From Octopus sinensis (lineage: Eukaryota), in the NCBI RefSeq assembly GCF_006345805.1, contig NC_043021.1, positions 15,562,001-15,626,000 of the forward strand: a stretch of 64,000 nucleotides of DNA, written 5' to 3'. The notes below the pieces were generated by a model. That model made no database searches and was not told where the DNA came from. It worked only from the letters and a program-made list of their open reading frames with translations. The position numbers were made by a program, and so were the translations under genes. Numbering within the stretch: position 1 is the first letter of the stretch; each line of letters begins with the position of its first letter. Below, one piece after another: positions 24,543 through 36,793 of this stretch.

Positions 24543-24769
24543 TTAAACTGGCCATATCCAGCCCAAATGTCTACTTGTTTGACCCTTTTGATACCAACCT
24601 AGCTGAAACCACCTCTGACTCTGTAGTACAAATGTCTTGTTTTCAAAAGTTCTGAATTAAACTCTTCCACCAAACCTTAGTCGTAATTTATGTTCCTAAC
24701 ACTAACTTAATGATAACAAAGTTATTTTACTAAATTCTTTGTTATATTTAAAATTAATTCAAAGAAACA

Positions 24770-25140
24770 TAGGCGCAGGAGTGGCTGTGTGGTAAGTAGC
24801 TTGCTAATCAACCACATGGTTCCGGGTTCAGTCCCACTGCTTGGCATCTTGGGCAAGTGTCTTCTGCTATAGCCCCAGGCTGACCAATGCCTTGTGAGTA
24901 GATTTGGTAGACGGAAACTGAAAGAAGCCTGTCGCATATATGTGTATATATGTATGTGTGTGTGTGTTTGTCCCCCTAACATTGCTTGACAACTGATGCT
25001 GGTGTGTTTACGTCCCCGTCACTTAGTGGTTCGGCAATAGAGACCGATAGAATAAGTCCCGGGGTCGATTTGCTCGACGAAAGGCGGTGCTCCAGCATGG
25101 CCGCAATCAAATGACTGAAACGAGTAAAAGAGTAAAAGAG
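24770..25140 (+). mobile_element. Family A SINE splitting a MITE (~24578-25173)
   Basis: MITE sequence ...AAAGAAAC resumes as GAGCATCTCAAC after the SINE. Confidence 0.85.
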
Positions 25141-25894
25141 CATCTCAACAGAAATATGGTAATAAAAATGTTAATGTCCAAATCAACCAGATCTGGCTTC
25201 TTATACCTTTCAAAGTCATTCTAAAAATAAACCATCATGCCATCAAAACCTCAAAGCTATGAGATAATGCATGATTAATTGAAATTAATGTGAATAAAAA
25301 AAGTATTATATTCAGACAGAGTAATCTGAGTGCTTAAAGGGTTAAATTTGCCCTTCATCCTTTCAATGTGTGATTTCCTTATCAACTCTGAGTGCTGGTA
25401 CAGTCTTATCTCCTTCCACCTGTCACACCCTGGACATTGTGCTGGATCAAGGTCTCAAGGGTTAAGGGGTTGTCTATGTCTGTGTCTCACAACTGCACAA
25501 GCACCAGAAACAATTAGAAAAAGCATGATACACATATTAGCAAATCATCCCTATTTCCAAATGACAGCTGTAGTATTATCTATTCTGAGCAATAGAAACA
25601 AGATAACCCATTGCAAAAACAAAAAAAATTATTTGGGGACAGGCATGCCCCAGACCAGTCCTGATTAGTAATCTGATCTATAATCAGTGCTTGTCTGTAT
25701 CAGTGACCATAATTTTTCTTAATGTGAAACTATATTTTCTAGTGAGTCAGTCGTTTAATTTTTAAAGCAGTAGTTTATATATTGTGGGAAGGGATCTGTG
25801 GTTGTTCTTTCTAGCAAGTTGAATGACCACACTGTTGTTACCTTACCTCTTTGGCTTGTAAGTACATGTAGAGAAATGCATCTTAAGAGAACAT

Positions 25895-26140
25895 AGCATG
25901 GCTTCGCGAACGAAGATCACGAAGGCTGTCCACGTTGCGTGCATGCACGCTCATGACTGACTAGTCCGATATGGGAAAGGCAGGTCCATGAGCAGTGTCC
26001 ACAGACGAAGGTAACATCCAGTGTGGTGTCAGAGGCGGCTTGCGCCTTCCTCCTGTGTCTCTTGTCTTTAAGTGTGTCTCTTTTTTGTCCCTCAAACTTG
26101 CTGACTGCGTTGAAGATCGTGAAGATAAGAGAGCCACCAT
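25895..26140 (-). mobile_element. RTE (BovB-like) LINE 3' end with C-terminal CCHC-type motif
   Basis: TIFNAVSKFEGQKRDTLKDKRHRRK...FVCGHCSWTCLSHIGLVSHERAC...*, then TCTTCGTTCGCGAAGCCAT. Confidence 0.8.
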
Positions 26141-26161
26141 AGTCATTTAAAACACACAAAC

Positions 26162-26192
<31 letters not shown>

Positions 26193-26871
26193 GAGGTGTA
26201 AAGGTGGCTCTGTAGATAAGAAGCTCATTTTGCAGCAACATGGTTTTGAGTTCAGTTCCACTGCACAGCACCTTTCTACTATAGTCCCCAGCCTTTGAAT
26301 GAATTTGGTTGATGGAAACTGTGTGGAAGCCTGTCATGTGTATGTGCATGTGTGTGTGTGTGTGTGTGTGTGTGTCTTTCTGTCAGTGTTAATTTGTTTT
26401 CATCTCAGTTACTTAGCAATTGATCAGAAACTGATAGAAATAAGTACCAGATTTAATAAATATGTTCTATGGTTTATCTGTTCAACTGAAACCTTTCAAG
26501 ATGGTGCCCCAGCATGGCCGCAGTCCTATGACTGAAGCAAGTGAAAGATAAGAGATATGCACTGAACCATATGCACATATACAGTTCTATCCAAGTTTAT
26601 TTGATTTTGTAATAGTAGCACCAGTAGTAACACTAACATTCAGTAGTGTTGCTCTTTCACTGGTCTCAGTCATTAAGCTGCTGTTATGCTGTGGCACCAC
26701 CTTCAAGGGGTTTTTATCAATTATATTGGACCCTGTATGCTGATTGATAGTTATTTTATTGATCTCGGAGATGACCAAAGGGTGAAGTCAATCAGGTGAA
26801 AAGGAAGGTAACTCTGACAGATCAAATTACCACAATCAGCTTGAATCAGGGATTTTTTACTATTCTGTATC

Positions 26872-26912
<41 letters not shown>

Positions 26913-27261
26913 CCTCTCTCCGTTTTTCTTGCTCCCTCTTTCTCTCTCCATCTTTTTCTCTACCTCTCTCCCTCACATGCACACATTCACCCTTACGTAC
27001 ACCCTCACATATGCAAACCCAATACACACACACACACACTCACGCACACACATTTACTCTCAGTGCACATACAGACGCACATGTACATGCTCATCTACAT
27101 ACACATACACACACCTGTAAAAAGAACTTGGAAGGTTGAGCCTCCAACCAGGCCTTTCACAATGCCCTTAAAGCCAGGCACTTTTCAGCTGCCCCTCATG
27201 CATGTATGTATGTATGTATATATATGTATGTATAATATGTATGTATATATATGTATGTATA

Positions 27262-27492
27262 AGGCGGCGAGCTGGCAGAAACGTTAGCACGCCGGGTGAA
27301 ATGCGTGGCCGTATTTCGTCTGCCGTTACGTTCTGAGTTCAAATTCCGCCGAGGTCAACTTTGCCTTTCATCCTTTCGGGGTCGATAAATTAAGTACCAG
27401 TTGCGCACTGGGGTCAATGTAATCGACTTAATCCCTTTGTCTGTCCTTGTTTGTCCTCTCTGTGTTTAGCCCCTTGTGGGTAGTAAAGAAAT
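27262..27492 (+). mobile_element. Full-length family B SINE
   Basis: AGGCGGCGAGCTGGCAGAAACG...GTAGTAAAGAAAT; candidate 17-bp TSD ATATATATGTATGTATA (27245-61, 27493-509), in low-complexity sequence. Confidence 0.9.
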
Positions 27493-28658
27493 ATATATAT
27501 GTATGTATATACACACATACACACACACGTGCCCAATCACTGATTGGAGGGACAGAATCTCCAGCTTCTATATCGATGTGAAAATTCTTGCACCTTTCTA
27601 TATGTAGCAGAATTTGTAAAGCATTGGACAAAATACCTTCCAGTATTTAGGTATGACCCTTTGTTCTGAGTTCAAATCCCAAGAATAGTGTTGATTACAT
27701 TAACTATAACCTCACCACACACACACACACACACACACATGCACACACACACACACATTTTCTGGTTTTGTGCCAATGTTGAAACTGGATATTTCTAAGT
27801 ATTTTGATCTCCGATGACCTGTGAATACGTCTTGGGCATTTCTCTTGAAAACCCCGTGTTTGGCTGTGATATTTAAAGTAAAAATTTTTATACACTTGAA
27901 ATATCTGAAGTGGTAACATGAATTGGAGTATGAAAATAGCCTGAATGCTTTTCCGCGACCAACATGAAAGCTACGTTTCACACTTTGACGAGGAAGGGAT
28001 ATATGATTCAGAAATAATTCTTTGTTAATTAAGCATGAAAGGCATTAAGCAAGTTAATTGTCTCGAACAGACACTGACTTGCGTAGCACATGACTCCACA
28101 GCGAGATACTAATGCTGCAATGCATAGGGTATCACAGAGTTCAGTACGGTAGGTAGCCAGAAGCTAGTCGGAGATAATTACAGTGAGAACCAATCTAATA
28201 AAGGTCTACTGCTGACCTCATAAAATACAATTCATGCTTGCCAAATTGGTTGCCGCTCATCGGACATCTTGAAAGCATGGCTGTACAGTGTTGGGTTTGT
28301 GTTGTGTTGGTTTCTTCTTCTTCTACGTAATATTTTCCCCACAACTGAAACATGTAAACCAAAAGTGAACGTGTAATCTTCTTGCCTCTCCTGGATTGTT
28401 TGTTACGATACCGCCCACCGCCGTTTGCTAGTAATGGCTACAAAGTCACGTAGTGACTGCAGCGGTGGTGATGGTAGTGGTGGTGGTGGTAGCATACCTG
28501 ATTTATTGATCCTTTAGTTTGAAGTTAATGGAGAGTCTGAACGACTGATTGAATGAAGTCAACTGTAACAGGATATTATTTTCTAAATGTGCCTAAGATA
28601 TATATATATATATATGTGGATATATGTTTGTGTATATATATATATATATATATATATA

Positions 28659-29613
28659 GGGAGTGAGAGGGAGAGATTGATAAATGAAGAGATTAGTTAT
28701 GGAGAGGATTAGAGAGCGTGAGCTAGATAGATGGATAGATATACAGAGGGAGATAACGATAGAGAGTGGGCGATAGAGACAGAAAGTAGAGAGGGAGAGA
28801 GAGAGAGAATATGTCATCATAAATTAGTATTATTTACATTACTGTGTTATCTTATTAAATAACTCTGTTACAATATGGGGGAAGTGAAGGTGTAGAGGTG
28901 GTGGTTATGGTGGTGGGTGAAATAGTAGGGGATTTTTATCACCATCTGAATTGGCTGGTTGCTTACCACTTCCACTCATTCATCCACCCCTGCAACCACA
29001 CGCTTTTCTCTCTTCGCTTCTCCTCATTGTCACCTGTACTGAGTCTGGGTTTTCTGCACACCTGCACTCTTCCCACATCTGGTGACCATCATTCCTAATC
29101 CTTTCCTCCTGTGACACTGATCCCCTTATCATGAAATGTTCCTTTCCTGTAAAAATCCAAAAGTGGGGGAGAAATAAACTTGGTTTGTGTCTCTGGTCTT
29201 TTTCTCTTCTCTCTTTTACTTGTTTCAGTTATAAGATTGCAACCATACTGGGGCACCACCTTGAGGAATCTTTTCTTTTAGTCAAATGAATCAACCTTTT
29301 TATTTTTAAGCTTGGTACTTATTCTATCAGTCTCTTTTGGTGAGCCGCTAGATTTGATCGGCCTGAGGCCATAGTAGAAGGCACTTGCCCATGTGGTTGG
29401 GAAGCAAGCTTCTTACCCACACACAGCCATGCCTGTGTGCAAATTTCTGCATATATATATAGATACGAATGTATGTGTGTGTAGTGTGTATGTGTGTATA
29501 TATATATATATAATTAAGGTTCTCGTTTTTGTTAAATAAATAAATAAGTCAACATTCTAATATCCGAAAGCTGATGAACCAACTAAATTGTTTCTCCATT
29601 TTCTTATTTGTAT

Positions 29614-29644
<31 letters not shown>

Positions 29645-30593
29645 TATATAGGGAGTGAGAGGGAGAGATTGATAAATGAAGAGATTAGTTATGGAGAGGA
29701 TTAGAGAGCGTGAGCTAGATGGATAGATATACAGAGGTAGATAACGATAGAGAGTGGGCGATAGAGACAGAAAGTAGAGAGGGAGAGAGAGAGAGAATAT
29801 GTCATCATAAATTAGTATTATTTACATTACTGTGTTATCTTATTAAATAACTCTGTTTCAATATGGGGGAAGTGAAGGTGTAGAGGTGGTGGTTATGGTG
29901 GTGGGTGAAATAGTAGGGGATTTTTATCACCATCTGAATTGGCTGGTTGCTTACCACTTCCACTCATTCATCCACCCCTGCAACCACACGCTTTTCTCTC
30001 TTCGCTTCTCCTCATTGTCACCTGTACTGAGTCTGGGTTTTCTGCACACCTGCACTCTTCCCACATCTGGTGACCATCATTCCTAATCCTTTCCTCCTGT
30101 GACACTGATCCCCTTATCATGAAATGTCCTTTCCTGTAAAAATCCAAAAGTGGGGGAGAAATAAACTTGTTTGTGTCTCTGGTCTTTTTCTCTTCTCTCT
30201 TTTACTTGTTTCAGTTATAAGATTGCAACCATACTGGGGCACCACCTTGAGGAATCTTTTCTTTTAGTCAAATGAATCAACCTTTTTTTTTAAGCTTGGT
30301 ACTTATTCTATCAGTCTCTTTTGTGAGCCGCTAGATTTGATCGGCCTGAGGCCATAGTAGAAGGCACTTGCCCATGTGGTTGGGAAGCAAGCTTCTTACC
30401 CACACACAGCCATGCCTGTGTGCAAATTTCTGCATATATATATAGATACGAATGTATGTGTGTGTAGTGTGTATGTGTGTATATATATATATATAATTAA
30501 GGTTCTCGTTTTTGTTAAATAAATAAATAAGTCAACATTCTAATATCCGAAAGCTGATGAACCAACTAAATTGTTTCTCCATTTTCTTATTTG

Positions 30594-30600
<7 letters not shown>
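28659..30600. repeat. Direct tandem duplication of ~990 bp
   Basis: 28659-29620 and 29651-30600 are near-identical (identical 66-aa ORFs at 28898 and 29886), differ by a few SNPs/indels and join in (TA)n. Confidence 0.92.
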
Positions 30601-30642
<42 letters not shown>

Positions 30643-30699
30643 GTATGTGTAGATATATATATAGGTATATATATGTGTGTGTGTAATATAATATGAATT

Positions 30700-30910
30700 G
30701 TATGCGTTTTCTATGCTTGCATGGGTTGGACAGGTCTTTTCCAACACAGTGTCTTACCATTTGTTGCATTATTCTTTCTTTCATTGCTTGGCTGAGGTTC
30801 AGTTTCCTGAGACCAGACTTCAATATTCCTGTCCATGCCTTCGTACCTCTTTCTCATCTACTGTTTCCTTCCATTTGGATCTCCTGCCACTTCTTTATCC
30901 AACCATTATG
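30700..30910 (-). mobile_element. Old RTE-type LINE 3' fragment with a short 3' end
   Basis: WIKKWQEIQMEGNSR*ERGTKAWTGILKSGLRKLNLSQAM... runs directly into CCAACCCATGCAAGCATAGAAAACG. Confidence 0.6.
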
Positions 30911-31489
30911 ATCCATGTGCATTGCATTAATCTCTCTTTTGCTTATTATAACCAATTCTTCCTATACCCAGTCTATTTTTCACTTCATCTATGTGTTTGT
31001 GTGTCATCATCGTCATGGTATGGCTTGGGCAGTTTGGCAAGAATCCAATTGAGTCAAAGGGTGGCATTGTGCTCCAGTGCCAGCTTCGGCATAATTTCTA
31101 CAGCTGGATATCCTTCATAATGCCAACCCCTTCATAGAGCGTACTGGGTGCTGTTTCCATGTCCCCAGCACTAGTGAGGTTACCATGTAACTTGTGAGTC
31201 AACAAACACAGGGAGGAACAATGCTGCATTCGTGTGTTAGGTGGGGTTAAGATATGAGAGAAGAGGTGGTTGAACAGATTATCCAGAAACAGCTGTAAAG
31301 TAATAGCAGCACTTTCCTATCCATTGCTTGCAAGGTTTTCACCAGTGATCCCATAGATTTTACTTATCCAACTAGCTTAAATCAACACATAGGGCATCTC
31401 AAATTCTCTCCTACCCCGTTTTAGAGCATTCCCATTTATGCTAAATCACTTTGAACTTTCACCCATGATACTTTCAGAGTTTCCTGCTA

Positions 31490-31706
31490 TACTCTTTTAC
31501 TCTTTTACTTGTTTCAGTCATTTGAATGCGGCCATGCTGGAGCACCGCCTTTAGTCGAGTAAATCGACCCCCAGGACTTATTCTTTGTAATCCTAGAACT
31601 TATTCTATCGGTCTCTTTTGCCGAACCGCTAAGTTATGGGGACATAAACAAACCAGCATTGGTTGTCAAGTGATGTTGGGGGGACAAACACAGACACACA
31701 AACACG

Positions 31707-31750
<44 letters not shown>

Positions 31751-31916
31751 TACGACGGGCTTCTTTCAGTTTCTGTCTACCAAATCCACTCACAAGGCTT
31801 TGGTCGGCCCGAGGCTATAGTAGAAGACACTTGCCCAAGGTGCCACGCAGTGGGACTGAACCCGGAACCGTGTGGTTGGTAAGCAAGCTACTTACCACAC
31901 AGCCACTCCTGCGCCT
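31490..31916 (-). mobile_element. Family A SINE ~130 bp upstream of the numb exon
   Basis: Full head/microsatellite/tail. Confidence 0.9.
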
Positions 31917-32060
31917 ATGTTATTATATATTTGTATATCTTTGTATATATTTTGTTCTCTCTTCACTATGTTATATAGACATGTTACAAATTGATTCATG
32001 TTGTATACGTATTAATAAGTCGTCTTTCTGTTTGTCTTCTTTTGCAGGTGGACTAGCCAA

Positions 32061-32195
32061 ATGAAAATGGAGAAACTTAAGCGAAGCTTAAGCTTCCGCA
32101 AGAAAAAAGATCATGTCCCCGAGTGTTCTAAACCTCATCAATGGCTTGAGGACGAACGTAAAGTTCGGGAAGGGACATGTAGTTTTCAAGTGAAG
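32061..32195 (+). CDS. numb: Numb (PTB-domain endocytic adaptor, Notch antagonist): coding part of the start-codon exon 32048-32195
   Basis: Translates to [45 protein letters not shown], matching the recalled Numb N-terminus (human [42 protein letters not shown]). Acceptor TCTTCTTTTGCAG|G at 32047/48; donor AAG|GTAAGG at 32195/96, phase 0. ATG 32067 (aaaATGg) aligns with human Met1. Confidence 0.96.
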
Positions 32196-32310
32196 GTAAG
32201 GCCTGTCTTCGTAGCCTTTCTCTTTTCCTTCTAAAGTATTACATTTCCCATCTTGTTCGTCTGTCCATCTACCTTTTTGCTCTCATTCCTGTACCAGTTC
32301 TCGTGCTTTT

Positions 32311-32352
<42 letters not shown>

Positions 32353-32397
32353 TTTCCTTCTCACTTTTTTCTTTCTCCATATCTTCCTCTTTCTCTC

Positions 32398-32609
32398 ACT
32401 CTCTTTTACTCTTTACTCTCTTTTACTTGTTTCAGTCATTTGACTGCGGCCATGCTGGAGCACCGCCTTTAGTCGAGCAAATCGACCCCGGGACTTATTC
32501 TTTGTAAGCCCAGTACTTATTCTATCGGTCTCTTTTTGCCGAACCGCTAAGTTATGGGGACGTAAACACACCAGCATCGGTTGTCAAGCAATGCTAGGGG
32601 GACACACAA

Positions 32610-32644
<35 letters not shown>

Positions 32645-32817
32645 CATATATACGACAGGCTTCTTTCAGTTTCCGTCTACCAAATCCACTCACAAGGCAT
32701 TGGTCAGCCCGGGGCTATAGCAGATGACACTTGCCCAAGATGCCACGCAGTGGGACTGAACCCGGAACCATGTGGTTGGTTAGCAAGCTACTTACCACAC
32801 AGCCACTCCTGCGCCTA
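32398..32817 (-). mobile_element. Family A SINE ~200 bp downstream of the numb exon
   Basis: Full head/microsatellite/tail. Confidence 0.9.
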
Positions 32818-33048
32818 TCTCATCTGTGTATATATACACACACACACACGCACATCTGTTCATTGTATCTACTTCTTTTCCTCCTTTTCTCTCTCTCGTC
32901 TACCAAAATATCTTTCATAGCTATCATTTCTAATCATGACCCTGTAAAAAAAAAAGGGGGGGAAAAAGAAAGGGTTATGTTGCATGAAACAATAACTTTT
33001 TGAATCATAGATAATTCTAATCCCTCTTTTATTTTGGACCCTTTTAGA

Positions 33049-33150
33049 AACTATAGTGGACCTTATGAGAAATTATAGTGAACCCTAAAAGGAATTACAG
33101 TGGATCCTATCAAGAATTATAGTTCACTCTTTCGTGAATTATAGCAGAAA
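33049..33150. repeat. Degenerate 22-bp minisatellite, 5 units
   Basis: AAYTAYAG at 33049, 33071, 33093, 33115 and 33137 (exact 22-bp period). Confidence 0.75.
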
Positions 33151-33649
33151 ATTACATTAAGCATGGACCCCACACACACACAAACATATAAAAGTTGGGG
33201 CAGGGTTGATTAAACCATTAGGGCCTAGTCAAAGCTAGTTCCAAAATAAATTTGATTTGTCTGTTAAGTCCCCTCCTCCCCTTTGCCTTCTCCTTTGCTT
33301 AATATTCTGTTGTTATCCCTAAAGCTATACAATAACAAATAACAACTCGAAATTTAGTGCATATATATATATTATTAATATTTAGCAGAAGTAACTGAGT
33401 GACTCGAGGTTCAAGAGTTTCGTGTGTTGGCATTTCTCAAATTAGTTACAAGTTTAAGACCTGTGGGTTTAGAGAGCTCTTGATAAATATATTCCCTCTG
33501 GATTGTTCGAGATCAGATCATAATAATAAAAAAAAATTGTCACTTGTAGAATTCAAATAGTTTGCCAGCTATGTATATACTTCCATAAGTCTGTATGTGT
33601 ATATATATATATATATTATATATATATATACACACCACACACACATAAG

Positions 33650-33711
<62 letters not shown>

Positions 33712-34074
33712 GTCTATATATATATATATGTATATATATATATTTACATATATATATATTTACATACATATATGTCTATGTGTGTGTGTATATATATATA
33801 TATATATACACACACATATGTCTAAGTATAACTATATATACATATATGTATATATATCATCGTCAACATCGTTTAACGTCCATTTTCCATGCTAGCATGG
33901 GTTGGACGGTTCGACCAGGGTCTGGGGAGCCAGGGGGCTGCACCAGGCCCCAGTCTGATCTGGCAGTGTTTCTACAGCTGGATGCCCTTCCTAACGCCAA
34001 CAACTCCATGAGTGTAGTGGGTGCTTTTTACGTGCAACCGGCACGGACGCCAGTATGTGTGTGTATATATATAT

Positions 34075-34137
34075 ATATACACACACACACAAGTCTATAT
34101 ATATCTGTGTGTGTATATATATCTATATGAGTGTATG

Positions 34138-34172
<35 letters not shown>

Positions 34173-35236
34173 ATGTATCATCATCATCATCATCATCGTT
34201 TAACGTCCGCTATCCATGCTAGCATGGGTTGGACGGTTCAACTGGGGTCTGGCAAGCCCGAAGGCTGCACCAGGCCAGTCAGATCTGGCAGTGTTTCTAC
34301 AGCTGGATGCCCTTCCTAACGCCAACCACTCCGAGAGTGTAGTGGGTGATTTTATGTGCCACCGACACAGGTGCCAGACGAGGCTGGCAGACGGCCACAC
34401 TCGGATGGTGTTTTTTATGTGCCACCGACACAGGTGCCAGACGAGGCTGGCTGACGGCCACGCTCGGATGGTGTTTTCTTATGTGTCACCGACACAGGTG
34501 CCAGACGGGGCTGGCGGACGGCCATGCTCGGATGGTGTTTGTTACGTGCCTCAGCACGGAGGCCAGTCGTTGCGGTACTGGCTACGATCACGTTCGGATG
34601 GTTTTCTTATGTGTCACCGGCACTGGTACCACAAGGATACAAATTCCATTGATGTTCATCTATTTTGATTTGGTTCGATTTGATTTGATTTGATTCGATT
34701 CGATTCTCACTTGCCTCAACAGGTCTTCACAAGTGTCACAAGAAGGAAGGTATGCACAGGTGGACTGACTACGTCCCAGGTAGGGGCCACGGATTATGGC
34801 TTCACTAGTCTTGCCGGGTCTTCTCACGCACAGCATACTTCCATAGGTATATATATATATATATATATATGTAAATGTCTATATATATAGACAGAGAGCG
34901 AGAGAGATGATTTCTTTTAAAATTGCATCTGACGTAATGTGTGGGTATATACAATTAACGCTCAAGTTGATTTACCACCTAATATTTCTCACTGGTTAGA
35001 GCACTTTTTTTTTGTTGATCCGACCTATAACGGAGCAGTAAACTATATATATGTATGTGTATATTTATTATTCTTAAGCAAGAATATTATTGACTGTGAC
35101 TTCAAAGAATAATAAATTGTTTTTGGAATAATAAATTTATACTCTACGAAAGTATAGAGTAACCCATTAGATTAATGTAAAATAGGTTTTATTATAACTA
35201 AATATAAGGAACAAAACATACATACATACGTATATA

Positions 35237-35269
<33 letters not shown>

Positions 35270-35315
35270 AGTCTATATATATCTGTGTGTGTATATATAT
35301 CTATATGAGTGTATG

Positions 35316-35348
<33 letters not shown>

Positions 35349-36399
35349 ATGTATCATCATCATCATCATCATCGTTTAACGTCCGCTATCCATGCTAGCA
35401 TGGGTTGGACGGTTCAACTGGGGTCTGGCAAGCCCGAAGGCTGCACCAGGCCAGTCAGATCTGGCAGTGTTTCTACAGCTGGATGCCCTTCCTAACGCCA
35501 ACCACTCCGAGAGTGTAGTGGGTGATTTTATGTGCCACCGACACAGGTGCCAGACGAGGCTGGCAGACGGCCACACTCGGATGGTGTTTTTTATGTGCCA
35601 CCGACACAGGTGCCAGACGAGGCTGGCTGACGGCCACGCTCGGATGGTGTTTTCTTATGTGTCACCGACACAGGTGCCAGACGGGGCTGGCGGACGGCCA
35701 TGCTCGGATGGTGTTTGTTACGTGCCCTCAGCACGGAGGCCAGTCGTTGCGGTACTGGCTACGATCACGTTCGGATGGTTTTCTTATGTGCCACCGGCAC
35801 TGGTACCACAAGGATACAAATTCCATTGATGTTCATCTATTTTGATTTGGTTCGATTTGATTTGATTTGATTCGATTCGATTCTCACTTGCCTCAACAGG
35901 TCTTCACAAGTGTCACAAGAAGGAAGGTATGCACAGGTGGACTGACTACGTCCCAGGTAGGGGCCACGGATTATGGCTTCACTAGTCTTGCCGGGTCTTC
36001 TCACGCACAGCATACTTCCATAGGTATATATATATATATGTAAATGTCTATATATATAGACAGAGAGCGAGAGAGATGATTTCTTTTAAAATTGCATCTG
36101 ACGTAATGTGTGGGTATATACAATTAACGCTCAAGTTGATTTACCACCTAATATTTCTCACTGGTTAGAGCACTTTTTTTTTGTTGATCCGACCTATAAC
36201 GGAGCAGTAAACTATATATATGTATGTGTATATTTATTATTCTTAAGCAAGAATATTATTGACTGTGACTTCAAAGAATAATAAATTGTTTTTGGAATAA
36301 TAAATTTATACTCTACGAAAGTATAGAGTAACCCATTAGATTAATGTAAAATAGGTTTTATTATAACTAAATATAAGGAACAAAACATACATACATACG

Positions 36400-36400
<1 letters not shown>
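34075..36400. repeat. Direct tandem duplication with 1176-bp offset, containing a family D RTE 3' UTR (minus strand) in each unit
   Basis: Paired ORFs 34200/35376, 34216/35392 and 34346/35522 are all offset by 1176; only a few differences; junctions lie in (TA/CA)n. Confidence 0.92.
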
Positions 36401-36442
<42 letters not shown>

Positions 36443-36757
36443 ATACATACGTATATATATATATACATACATACATACATATATATACATGTATATATAT
36501 GCACACGCACACACACATATATATACATACATACATATATATACACATACATATATATGCACACACACACACACACACATATATACATATATATACATAC
36601 ATACATATATATATGCATGCATATATATACACACACACATACGTATATGTACACACATACAGCAGTGAATCCTATAAAGAAAATACCACAGGGTGTCCCT
36701 CTGTCCCTATCCCCATTTCTTCACATTACAGTGTATGTGTGTATGTATATATATATA

Positions 36758-36793
<36 letters not shown>

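Noticed and set aside
25783-29077. Su(H)/CSL sites TGTGGGAA (25783-25790; reverse at 29070-29077)
   Set aside because: A few 8-mers in 64 kb are expected by chance, and they are not paired or clustered.
29561-29580. Hammerhead-like CCGAAAG CTGATGAACC (also in the duplicate)
   Set aside because: GAAA and CUGAUGA are only 1-2 nt apart, leaving no room for stems I and III.
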